A DNA stretch of 64,000 bases from Gaiellaceae bacterium (GTDB lineage: Bacteria; Actinomycetota; Thermoleophilia; Gaiellales; Gaiellaceae), in the NCBI GenBank assembly GCA_035653115.1, contig DASRCL010000005.1, positions 32,376 to 96,375 on the forward strand. The letters are read 5' to 3'. How positions within the stretch are numbered: the first letter of the stretch is position 1; every line of letters starts with the position of its first letter. Below, piece by piece: positions 1 through 8,759 of this stretch. The position numbers and the translations under genes were made by a program. Under the pieces are notes generated by a model. That model was not told the origin of the DNA and searched no databases. It saw nothing but the letters and a program-made list of their open reading frames with translations.

Positions 1-137
1 ACTCGGCCGGCGCAGAGCGTCGTCTCGTACCCAATCTCGTCGAGGCGGCGGGTCAGGTACGACACGTGCAGCGCGGGCCCGCCTACGTTGAGTCGGGCGA
101 TGATCCGGAGGATCCTCGTCGGCTCGCGCGGAGGCAC
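1..137 (-). CDS. glycosyltransferase (GT-B/GT4-like), N-terminal fragment; gene runs off the window start
   Basis: Reverse complement from GTG at 137 reads VPPREPTRILRIIARLNVGGPALHVSYLTRRLDEIGYETTLCAGR, a typical GT4 N-terminus. Third codon positions are almost all G/C. The frame is open at the window edge. Confidence 0.5.
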   Translation of the reverse strand, partial: MPPREPTRILRIIARLNVGGPALHVSYLTRRLDEIGYETTLCAGR

Positions 138-230
138 GCAGGGAACGGTAGCCAGCAGCGGAACTCGCGCTAACAAGGCCCGTACGTCCGGCTTGTATCC
201 TGGCCGGGGCAGGATGAGAAGGGAGACGCC

Positions 231-2168
231 ATGTGCGGGATCGGCGCGGTCCTGAATCTTCGCGGCGAGCCCGTAGATGGGCTCGACCGCCGCCTCCGCC
301 TGATGAACGACCTGCTGCGCCACCGCGGCCCCGACGGCGAGGGAACGTGGATGCACGACCGCTGCCACGTCGGTTTCGCGCACCGCCGGCTCGAGATCAT
401 CGACCTGCAGACCGGCGACCAGCCGATGCGCGACGAGCCCGGCAACTGGATCACGTACAACGGCGAGATCTACAACTATCTCGAGCTGCGCGACGAGCTC
501 GGCCGCGACGGCTTCCGGACGACGTCGGACACCGAAGTCGTCCTTCGCAGCTACGGGCGGTGGGGGAGCGGGGCGCTCGACCGGCTGCGCGGGATGTACG
601 CGTTCGCGATCTGGGACGAGGGCGCGCAGCGCCTCGTCTGTGCGCGCGACCGCTTCGGGATCAAGCCGCTCTACTACGCCGTCGTCGACGGCACGTTCGT
701 GTGCGCGTCCGAGGCGAAGGCGCTCCTGCCGTTCCTACCCGCGGTCGAAACCGATCTCGAGGGCCTGCGTGACTACCTCACCTTCCAGTTCACGCTCGCC
801 GGCAAGACGCTGTTCAAGCACGTCAGCGAGCTCCTCCCCGGCCACGTGCTCACGGTCCAGAACGGCGTCGTGCAGACGCAGCGCTACTGGGAGGTGCATT
901 TCGAGCCCGACTTCGACCACACCGAGCGGTACTTCGTCGACCGGCTGCGGTCGATCGTCGACGAGTCGGTCGCGCTGCACCTGCGCGCCGACGTGCCCGT
1001 AGGCTCGTACCTCTCCGGCGGCCTCGACTCGAGCATCGTCGCGTCGCTGGCGGCGCACGATGTCGGCGGCGACTTCAAGGCCTTCACCGGTCGCTTTTCC
1101 GAGGGGGGCGACTACGACGAGTCGATGTATGCGCGCGCGCTTGCGGAGTGGCGCCAGCTTGAGCTGCACGAGACCACGATCGAGGCACGCGACTTCGTCG
1201 AGAACATCCGCAAGGTCGTCTACCACCTCGACTATCCCGTCGCGGGGCCGGGCTCGTTTCCGCAGTACATGGTCTCGGAGCTCGCCCGGCGCCACATGAA
1301 GGTCGTGCTGGGCGGCCAGGGCGGCGACGAGATCTTCGGGGGGTACGCGCGGTACCTGCTCGCCTACTTCGAGCAGTGCATCAAGGCGGCGATCGACGGG
1401 ACGATGCACAACGGCAACTTCATCGTCACCTACGAGTCGATCATCCCGAACCTGGAGACGCTGCGCGAGTACAAGCCCCTGATGCAGCAGTTCTGGCGCG
1501 AAGGGCTGTTCTCCGACCTCGACGAGCGCTACTTCCGCCTGATCGACCGGGCGCCGGGCCTGCGGGACGTGGTCGATTGGTCGATCCTCGGGGACTACGA
1601 CCCGTTCGAGACGTTCAGGGCGATCTTCCGCGCCGGCAACGTCAAGAAGGAGTCGTACTTCGACTCGATGACGCATTTCGACTTCAAGACGCTCCTCCCC
1701 GCGCTCCTCCACGTCGAAGATCGCGTGTCGATGGCGCACAGCCTCGAGTCGCGCGTTCCGTTCGTCGACCACGAGGTCGTCGAGTTCGCTGCGCGCCTGC
1801 CGGCCGACGTGAAGTTCCGGAACGGGGAGCTGAAGCACGCGCTGAAGCGCGCCGCGCACGGCGTGCTGCCGCCGCTGATCCTCGAGCGCAAGGACAAGAA
1901 GGGTTTCCCGGTGCCGCTCGGCGACTGGATGCACGGCGAGCTCCACGACTTCATCCGCGACAGCTTCGCGAGCGACGCGGCGCGGTCGCGGCCGTATCTC
2001 GATCCGCGCTTCGACATCGACTCGCTGATCGCAGAAGAGGGCAAGTTCAGCCGAAACCTCTGGGGCCTGCTCTCCCTCGAGCTCTGGCAGCAGGAGTTCC
2101 ACGACCGCTCGCGGTGGTGGCGATTACATTCGATCTCCGAGCCAGCGGGCGAGGCGGCTACGGCATAA
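231..2168 (+). CDS. asnB: asparagine synthase (glutamine-hydrolysing) family amidotransferase
   Basis: 645-aa ORF starting MCGI (Cys2 nucleophile of class-II glutamine amidotransferases). It carries the PP-loop LSGGLDSS in the synthetase domain. GGGAG lies about 5 nt upstream of the ATG. Confidence 0.93.
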   Translation: MCGIGAVLNLRGEPVDGLDRRLRLMNDLLRHRGPDGEGTWMHDRCHVGFAHRRLEIIDLQTGDQPMRDEPGNWITYNGEIYNYLELRDELGRDGFRTTSDTEVVLRSYGRWGSGALDRLRGMYAFAIWDEGAQRLVCARDRFGIKPLYYAVVDGTFVCASEAKALLPFLPAVETDLEGLRDYLTFQFTLAGKTLFKHVSELLPGHVLTVQNGVVQTQRYWEVHFEPDFDHTERYFVDRLRSIVDESVALHLRADVPVGSYLSGGLDSSIVASLAAHDVGGDFKAFTGRFSEGGDYDESMYARALAEWRQLELHETTIEARDFVENIRKVVYHLDYPVAGPGSFPQYMVSELARRHMKVVLGGQGGDEIFGGYARYLLAYFEQCIKAAIDGTMHNGNFIVTYESIIPNLETLREYKPLMQQFWREGLFSDLDERYFRLIDRAPGLRDVVDWSILGDYDPFETFRAIFRAGNVKKESYFDSMTHFDFKTLLPALLHVEDRVSMAHSLESRVPFVDHEVVEFAARLPADVKFRNGELKHALKRAAHGVLPPLILERKDKKGFPVPLGDWMHGELHDFIRDSFASDAARSRPYLDPRFDIDSLIAEEGKFSRNLWGLLSLELWQQEFHDRSRWWRLHSISEPAGEAATA

Positions 2169-2273
2169 CCGCCCGATCGTCCAGCGCTTATGCCAGCGGT
2201 ACGGCTTACCGGCAGTACTACAAGCGCCGTAGAAACGGACGTGGCGCCTCCGGTAGCGACACGTCGTCGGGAT

Positions 2274-3974
2274 TTAGGGGTTCGACACAGGTGCGAGCAG
2301 CGGTCGCAGCGCGTCGAGTAGGAGTGCTGGATCGGAGCGCGTCGCCTTCAACAGAGAGTCGAATCGGTAGATCCCGTAGGAGTCGTACCGTCCAACGTCG
2401 AACTGGATGCGCTTGCGAAGCGGCGACAGGTGCAGGCCTACGTACTGACCAACGGTCGCATGGTTCCAAACGATTTCCTTCAGCCGATCTTCCCTCACAG
2501 CCCGCTCGACTTCGGAGGCGACAGTACCGCGGTTTGCGAGTCGCGTATCGGTACCGTGTGGATTGCTTGTCAGGATCAACCTGCCGGCATCGGGGTCGAA
2601 CGCCGCGGTTACGGTGAACGGGCCCGTGGCCGGAATGAGCGTTCCCATCTGAACGCTTGTCAGCACGCTCAACCGAAGGAGATCCTCGCGCGAGTCGCCG
2701 GCGGCGAGGCGCGGAGCGAGCCTTCGCAGCGCGGGCCAGCGCATGCTGTAGCGAATAGCGAAGCCGCGTAGGATCACGTGCCGGGCAAACCAGTACACCG
2801 TGCTAATCCAGTAGCCGCGCCCGCTGACGATCTCCTCAGCCTTGAGCGCGAGCCGCGATGGCACGTGTCTGCCACGAGGCGTCGCGCGCGCCGCGAGTAG
2901 CTCGTCGAATTCCTCGACGAAGCTGCGGTAGGCGTACTTGCCGGACGCGATCAGGTCGCGGTGCGTGGACTCGACGAGCTGGCCGAGGAACGAGTCGTCG
3001 CGAATTAGGCGCCCGACTTCCTCGATGTTTGAGAAGTCCTTCTCCAGCGGAATGTAATGCCGCCACGGCTCGACGATCTCCGAGTACGACCCCGGGAACA
3101 TTACGAGAGCGCTCCGATGGGCCGCTGCCTCGAACACGCGCGGCGAGATCGTCGCGATCTCCGGACCGCCGAGGAACGGCCTGAGAACGTTCCGCTCTAC
3201 CTCGACGTAATCGGCTAGCGGGTGTTCCGCGATGTACGCCTTGACGGCCGCCTCGGCAGCTCCGTCCACGTCAATGATCGACGCGCCGCTCTCACTCGCC
3301 AGGACAGAGCGGCAGGACGAGAGAAAGGTCGACCAGGCACGCCCGTAGATCCGCGCGTTCTCCGTCCAGGCGATGTCGCAGCGGAGTCCGAGCCCAGGTG
3401 CGCGCTCGAGAAACCCACGGCCAATCGCCACCTTCTCGTACCCGAGCCGACCGAGCCAGTACGGCAGAGACCGTCCTCTGTAGCCGACGTCGAGTGGGCG
3501 GCTCGCCGTCGGCGGCGTCGCAAGCTGCTCAAGTGCCGGAGCCACGTATCCCGTCAACGTGTGGACGATCTCCGTCTCGGGAAGCCGCTCGGCGTACATG
3601 AACGACGCGGCTGACTCGGATGCGACGGAAAGAAGCACGTTGATTCCGACGGCCCGCTGCGCAGCACACATCATTTCGACCCACCGGTATTCATCTTGGA
3701 TGAACTGCACCTTGAGCCCGTCGTATTCGGCGAGTGCCTCCCGCAGAGCCGGCGCGACGTAGTCGTCCCAGATCAAGACGAGTGAGTAGTGGATGACGAC
3801 CACATCAAAGGCACCGAGATCGAGCCGTTCGGGGGAGGAGATCCCACGCGGGTTGAATACGGTGACGCGGTGTCGCGAGAGACGACGAAGCGCATCGATG
3901 TGTTCGTGGACTGTCCCCGCATTGCCCTTTTGATCGTCTGCGAGCAACAGCACCGCGAGCGGCTCAGCCGTCAC
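2274..3974 (-). CDS. hypothetical protein, tentatively a CgeB-like glycosyltransferase-related protein
   Basis: Non-repetitive 587-aa ORF trimmed to GTG 3974, which forms a GTGA overlap with the stop of the upstream gene at 3971. The C-terminal half (SPRVFEAAAHRSALVMFPGSYSEIVEPWRHYIPLEKDFSNIEEV) resembles CgeB / GT1-like domains. The function is tentative. Confidence 0.6.
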   Translation of the reverse strand: MTAEPLAVLLLADDQKGNAGTVHEHIDALRRLSRHRVTVFNPRGISSPERLDLGAFDVVVIHYSLVLIWDDYVAPALREALAEYDGLKVQFIQDEYRWVEMMCAAQRAVGINVLLSVASESAASFMYAERLPETEIVHTLTGYVAPALEQLATPPTASRPLDVGYRGRSLPYWLGRLGYEKVAIGRGFLERAPGLGLRCDIAWTENARIYGRAWSTFLSSCRSVLASESGASIIDVDGAAEAAVKAYIAEHPLADYVEVERNVLRPFLGGPEIATISPRVFEAAAHRSALVMFPGSYSEIVEPWRHYIPLEKDFSNIEEVGRLIRDDSFLGQLVESTHRDLIASGKYAYRSFVEEFDELLAARATPRGRHVPSRLALKAEEIVSGRGYWISTVYWFARHVILRGFAIRYSMRWPALRRLAPRLAAGDSREDLLRLSVLTSVQMGTLIPATGPFTVTAAFDPDAGRLILTSNPHGTDTRLANRGTVASEVERAVREDRLKEIVWNHATVGQYVGLHLSPLRKRIQFDVGRYDSYGIYRFDSLLKATRSDPALLLDALRPLLAPVSNP

Positions 3975-5362
3975 GGGCAGACAGTTCCGAGCATTTCGTT
4001 GTACGCCGTGACAAGGCGCTCTTGTTCGGTCTCCCACAAAAAGGCGCTACCGCGCTCGGTGAGATTCGCGCGGAACTCAGCGAGTCTGTGCAGCGGAAAC
4101 TCGTCGAGCGCAGCGGCGACCTCGACCGGCGAATCGAGGCTCCTGACGAGACCGAATCCGTTTGTGGTGACGATCGACTCAATGAACTCGAGCCGATTCG
4201 ACAGAATTGGCAGCCGCGCAGCGATGAACTCGTATAGCTTGTTCGGCGAAGCGAAGCGCGTGTTCACGTCGGTTGTCGGCGAATAAGGGATGACACCGAG
4301 ATCGGCCGAGGCCGTGTAATAGAGCAGCGTCTCTTGGGGCTTCGACTCGATGTACATCACGCGGTCACTATCGTTGGCGAGCCGGAGAAGCTCGCGGTGA
4401 TATTCGCCGTATCCCATCAGGACAAGCGTGTAAGCCTGGTGGGCGGTGATGACGCCCTCGACGAGCGCCTCAAGGTTGCGCCGAGGGGCGATCCATCCTT
4501 GGAATAGAAGGATCGGCCGTTCCGCAGGTGCGCCGTGTTCCTCGCGGAGGAGATCGAACCGGTTCTGATGGAGGTCACTTGGAACGCCGACCGCGTTTTG
4601 AACGACGCGGATATCGACGTTGCCGTAGGCGGTCGCGATTGCTTGCGCGAGTCGGGGATTGACTGTGATGCGCAAGTCGGCCGCGCCGATATGCGTGCGC
4701 TCGAGCGCTCGGAATCGCTCGCGCGATTCGGGCGAAAGGACGCGCTGCTCGGGGAAGAACTCGTGCATGTCGTAGACGAGCTTCGTCCCCAAGCGTCGCT
4801 GGATCTCGCGGCCGACGCGGAGCAGCGGCAGGTCATGGACGTGGACGATGTCTGGACGATATGCCAGCGTGCGCTCGATGAACGCGTGCTCGTACGGGTA
4901 AAACCTCGCCGTCTGCCCTCGCGGCCTGCTTAACCGGCTTAAGACGCGTGCGGCGGTGTTGGTCGTCCAGATCGCGAACCGCGTTCCCCGCCACACCGCT
5001 GATGCGCGCGCGCGTGCGGCGAAGACGGCGACCGATCGTTCCGTCCTGTGGAGCCTCCGAAAGACCTCGGAGCCGGCGTTCGCGCGTCGCGCGAGCGGGT
5101 CGGTAAGCGGGTTCCGCCCCGACCCCGGCGGGAAGGGCAGACCCATCAACCGGGTGACAACTGCGAGTCGTGCGAGTTCGAAGCGCTCGCGCATCGGGGG
5201 TTCGGGGAGACGTACGTGCTCCACCGGTACGCCGGAGAGTCGCCTGTACTGGTCGTGTTCGTGCGTTGGCGCGGCTAGGACGTAGACGTCGAAACCCTCG
5301 TCGAGCAACGTCCTCGCTTCGAGGATGATACGGCGGTCAACGATAACGTCAGGGGTCACCAT
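3971..5362 (-). CDS. glycosyltransferase family 4
   Basis: ORF trimmed to ATG 5362 (AGAGGG upstream, 40 nt after the preceding stop). N-terminus is MVTPDVIVDRRIILEARTLLDEGFDV. The GT-B C-terminal half contains LLFQGWIAPRRNLEALV and SPNKLYEFIAARLPIL. It is a paralogue of 7452..8759. Confidence 0.85.
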   Translation of the reverse strand: MVTPDVIVDRRIILEARTLLDEGFDVYVLAAPTHEHDQYRRLSGVPVEHVRLPEPPMRERFELARLAVVTRLMGLPFPPGSGRNPLTDPLARRANAGSEVFRRLHRTERSVAVFAARARASAVWRGTRFAIWTTNTAARVLSRLSRPRGQTARFYPYEHAFIERTLAYRPDIVHVHDLPLLRVGREIQRRLGTKLVYDMHEFFPEQRVLSPESRERFRALERTHIGAADLRITVNPRLAQAIATAYGNVDIRVVQNAVGVPSDLHQNRFDLLREEHGAPAERPILLFQGWIAPRRNLEALVEGVITAHQAYTLVLMGYGEYHRELLRLANDSDRVMYIESKPQETLLYYTASADLGVIPYSPTTDVNTRFASPNKLYEFIAARLPILSNRLEFIESIVTTNGFGLVRSLDSPVEVAAALDEFPLHRLAEFRANLTERGSAFLWETEQERLVTAYNEMLGTVCP

Positions 5363-5402
5363 TACGACCCTCTGGCGCCGCCAGCGCGCCGAAGGGGCTT
5401 CG

Positions 5403-6485
5403 CTATCCGCGGTAGTAAGCGAGAGTTCTCTTTGCGATGACGTCGGGATGATGCACCTGCCGTGCGTAGTCGAACCCGTCGCGCGCGAGCTTTGCGCGCT
5501 GGTCCGGCTCGAGCATTGCCGCTCGCAACACGTCGACGAGGTTCGCTGGGTTTGCATTCAGGACGGGCGGAGGCGCCGGGTAACAGCTCTTGAGGTCGGA
5601 TCGGATGTAGGCGACGACAGGGATCCCCAGCGCCATCATCTCGGCTGCGAAGATCCCGTACGATCCCGCGAGGACCTGGTCGATCGCGAGGTCAGCGGTC
5701 TGCGCCCTCCGGAGCACCTCTGCGTGGTTCAATCGCTCGAGAAGCTCGAGCTCGACCTCGATGCCGTCGTGGCGCAGCGCTTCGACGGCCGCCTCGATGT
5801 AACGCGTTCCCTTGATCGCACGATCGGAGGGCGCGTGGACAATGCGAAACGGCCTGGACCAATCATGTGTGACACGGGGTATGCGTACCGACTCAACGAG
5901 ATCGAAGTCGACCACCTGCGGGAGGAGGATCGATCCGGGAACAAACTCGAGGAGGTCTGGCGTGGCAACGAACAGCGCCGTGGCGTACGCCAGCGCTACC
6001 GCCGTCGACCGCTCCCTGTTGAGGCACAGCTTTGGGAAGCAATCAAGGCAAGCCGAGTACTCGTATGCCAAGAGCGACGTCTTTTCGTCCCTCACCTCAC
6101 ATCCGCAGAACCAGAAGAAGATCTTCTTCTTCATCTTTGCGAGCATCGGGACATCGGCGAGCGACGTGCCAGAGATGCTCTCGCCGAAATAGAAGTGAAA
6201 GACGTCGAACGAGTCGGCGAAGCGTCGTACGAGCTTCGTAAGTCCTGACCGGCTGTTCGGCCGCGGCTCGACCAGATCCTCAGCGAACCCGAAGTCGTGC
6301 CGCGCCACCGAGTAAGAAACGGCGTGGTGGCCGAGCCGCCGCTGCGCCGCAGCAAGAGTCCCGGCCATACCGCCGATGTTGAGCGGCGCGTGGAGAATCC
6401 GTAGCGACGTGCCCAGCGTCGTCTGGTCACCCCGAGTGCTTCCGTTACCGGCGGGTGCCGGCGCGGCTAACTCGCGGCTTCCCAC
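5403..6485 (-). CDS. GT-B-like glycosyltransferase with an unusual N-terminal half (paralogue of 37365..38297)
   Basis: The real coding part begins near LRILHAPLNIGG. It shares FDVFHFYFG, IVHAPS.R..KGT and DQ....G.FA.E.MALG.PVV with the protein at 37365..38297. The start is uncertain: GTG 6485 (19-nt overlap with the upstream stop) or ATG 6368. The Arg-rich first ~100 codons of the track ORF were rejected. Confidence 0.7.
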   Translation of the reverse strand: MGSRELAAPAPAGNGSTRGDQTTLGTSLRILHAPLNIGGMAGTLAAAQRRLGHHAVSYSVARHDFGFAEDLVEPRPNSRSGLTKLVRRFADSFDVFHFYFGESISGTSLADVPMLAKMKKKIFFWFCGCEVRDEKTSLLAYEYSACLDCFPKLCLNRERSTAVALAYATALFVATPDLLEFVPGSILLPQVVDFDLVESVRIPRVTHDWSRPFRIVHAPSDRAIKGTRYIEAAVEALRHDGIEVELELLERLNHAEVLRRAQTADLAIDQVLAGSYGIFAAEMMALGIPVVAYIRSDLKSCYPAPPPVLNANPANLVDVLRAAMLEPDQRAKLARDGFDYARQVHHPDVIAKRTLAYYRG

Positions 6486-7354
6486 GCCTCGAGGATCCGG
6501 CGGATCGGGGCGAGGGACGTTAGCTCCGCACGTTCGCCATCTGCGAGAAAGCGCTCGACGAGCCGGTCGCCGCGCCGCGGCGGGACGTGGACGACGGCGC
6601 ACGTCGGATCGAAGCGACGCGCAAGGTTTTCCACCGGCTCTGCTTCCCCAGCATCGAAGTGATAGAGACCCGGACCGAGCACGAAAGGCGCGAGGATGAG
6701 CCCGACAGCCTCGTCCGGCGTGAGCCAGAACCGCTTGCACGGCGTCACCGCCAGCGCGTCTCCACGTGTCGCCTGCGACTGCCAAATCTCGAGAACCGAC
6801 CCGGACGATCCGAGCACGTTGCCGAGTCTGACTGCGGCGAATCCGGCCTCGAGCGCGACGCGCTCGCCGAGCAGCTTCGTCGCACCGTAAACCGTCTCGG
6901 GCGCCGCTGCCTTGCAGGTTGAGACGAACACGAGCGCTCCAGGCGCAACACCAGCGACTTTCGCCGCCTCGACCACATTCGACGTCCCGTTCACATTTAT
7001 TTGTGCTGTTTCGAGCGGGTGGATCTCACCGAGCGGCGCATGTTTCATCGCGGCGAGATGAACGATCAGCTCCGGCTGGAGTTGCCGGATCGTTCGGTCG
7101 ACGAGGTCCCCATCGGTGATGTCGAGATCGTCGAGGTCGGTCAAGAACGTGTCGGCACCGAGTTCGTCGAGCCGCTGCCCGACGCGCCGCCCAAGGAAGC
7201 CCTCCGCGCCCGTAACCAGGACGCGCTTGCCGTCGAACGCTTCGCGCGGGATGACCGGCACGTGTTCCTCCCGGGGAAGCAAGCTCGCGTAGCCGCCTCC
7301 GAATCGGCGCGTTAGGGCCGCCGTCGTCGCGTCGGATGTATTCGGAATGTGCAT
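6467..7354 (-). CDS. CapD/PseB-like polysaccharide biosynthesis protein (extended SDR nucleotide-sugar dehydratase/epimerase)
   Basis: Rossmann motif KRVLVTGAEGFLG is present. STCKAAAPETVYGATK and RLGNVLGSSGSV match the STDKA....YGATK / RFGNVLGSRGSV pattern of the Polysacc_synt_2 family. Confidence 0.85.
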   Translation of the reverse strand: MHIPNTSDATTAALTRRFGGGYASLLPREEHVPVIPREAFDGKRVLVTGAEGFLGRRVGQRLDELGADTFLTDLDDLDITDGDLVDRTIRQLQPELIVHLAAMKHAPLGEIHPLETAQINVNGTSNVVEAAKVAGVAPGALVFVSTCKAAAPETVYGATKLLGERVALEAGFAAVRLGNVLGSSGSVLEIWQSQATRGDALAVTPCKRFWLTPDEAVGLILAPFVLGPGLYHFDAGEAEPVENLARRFDPTCAVVHVPPRRGDRLVERFLADGERAELTSLAPIRRILEAWEAAS

Positions 7355-7451
7355 AGGATCAATTCACCGAGCGGCCGCCGGGCACGCACCGACGTCCCCC
7401 CGTCGGGCGCCCAGTGTAGCGCCAGCGCTTCGACGGGCTCGATGGGCAGCG

Positions 7452-8759
7452 TCAGGGCGCGTCGAGAAGTCGTGCGAGTGCCTGCCGGTAACCCGCGGAG
7501 CAGCGATCCCAGTTGAATGACGCCTCGAATGCCGACCGAGCATTCGAGCGCGCCGCGCGGCGGAATCGCTCGTCGACCACGAAGCGCCGAACCGCGGCGC
7601 GGAGTGACGCAGCGTCAAGAGGATCGTAAACAAGACCCATGTCGTAGCGGTCGACGAGTTCGCGGACGTAGAGGAGGTCACGCGAAGAGAGAATCGCCAT
7701 CCCAGCGGCCATGTACTGCGAAAGCTTGTTAGGGCACGACAAGACGTGGTTCGGGAGCGGTCCGGGGTATGGGATAACGCCGACATGTGCAGAAGCAGCA
7801 GCGGCGATAAGTTCGTCTTCCGCTACCGCCGGCAACCACTGCGCTCGCCCTTCGTCGAACAGGGCGGAGAATTTGGTGCGGAGTGCCGTTGCATACGCGT
7901 TCTCAGGAGCGCGGATCTGGAGAACGGCACCCGGGACATCGACGGTCGTCCAAGCGCGCAGCAACCGCCCGAAGCCGCGGCCCGGAGCAATTTGGCCCTG
8001 AACGAGGAATGTCACGAGTTCGCTGGCGGGTTCAGGGAACTCGAGCGGAGCCGCCCCGAGCGGAGCCGCATTGGGCGCGACAACGACGTGCCCGAGCCCG
8101 TACACCCGCTCGAGTTCTCGCGCAAGCGGCGGCGAGACTGTGACCACAGCGTCGGCGTCGCGGACGAAGTGCCCCTCCACCAGCTTAAGTGCCTGCGTTT
8201 CCCACCGGGGAGCTGACGGCTTCGCGTAGGGAAAGAATTCGTGGGTGTCGTACAGCATCCGGCTGCCGAAGCGGCGCGCGAGCGGTGCGCCGGCGATCAA
8301 CGCAAAGAGGTCGTGGCAGACGATTACGTCGGGCCGCGGCGCAGTCGCCGCTCGCCGCCGGAGCGCGCTGATGAGAAGCCCGTAAAATCCCCAGTCGGCG
8401 AGCGCCGCGCCAGCGCGCCCTGCTCGTCGGAGGTGATACGCCCGAAAGAATGCGTGCGCGACCGGCGATGAATCACGGTAGTAGTGGGCGCGCACCGCTG
8501 CGCTGTCCACGCCGACCGCTGACTCGTCTGTGGTGGCCGCGACGACTGTCGTGTCCGCGAGTTCGTCGCATAGCGACGCCGACCAGGCGATCCGCGGGTC
8601 CCACCGTGGTTCGTGGGGCACAAGCATGAGAATCCGGCGCTCGTTCGCTTGCCTCCCAGGCCGTCGGCTGGCGAGCGCATCCACTGCTAGAGGTCGGCTG
8701 ACCTCATCGACGGCGGCCGCGTCGACATTGATGGGCGTCGAAGATTCGTCAAGCCTCAC
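7452..8759 (-). CDS. glycosyltransferase family 4
   Basis: ILMLVPHEPRWDPRI N-terminal strand; LVQGQIAPGRGFGRLLRAW and CPNKLSQYMAAGMAIL in the C-terminal half. Start chosen at GTG 8759 (11-nt overlap with the wzt stop). ATG 8627 is an alternative. Confidence 0.8.
   Translation of the reverse strand: MRLDESSTPINVDAAAVDEVSRPLAVDALASRRPGRQANERRILMLVPHEPRWDPRIAWSASLCDELADTTVVAATTDESAVGVDSAAVRAHYYRDSSPVAHAFFRAYHLRRAGRAGAALADWGFYGLLISALRRRAATAPRPDVIVCHDLFALIAGAPLARRFGSRMLYDTHEFFPYAKPSAPRWETQALKLVEGHFVRDADAVVTVSPPLARELERVYGLGHVVVAPNAAPLGAAPLEFPEPASELVTFLVQGQIAPGRGFGRLLRAWTTVDVPGAVLQIRAPENAYATALRTKFSALFDEGRAQWLPAVAEDELIAAAASAHVGVIPYPGPLPNHVLSCPNKLSQYMAAGMAILSSRDLLYVRELVDRYDMGLVYDPLDAASLRAAVRRFVVDERFRRAARSNARSAFEASFNWDRCSAGYRQALARLLDAP

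Noticed and set aside
170-460. 96-aa minus-strand ORF overlapping the asnB start.
   Set aside because: It is antisense to the well-supported asnB N-terminus, its translation is Arg/Ser-rich, and it has no motif.
7355-7451. Hairpin CCGACG-GGGGGA-CGTCGG between the GT4 and CapD-like genes as an intrinsic terminator.
   Set aside because: The stem is short (6 bp), there is no U-tract, and the genes look co-transcribed.
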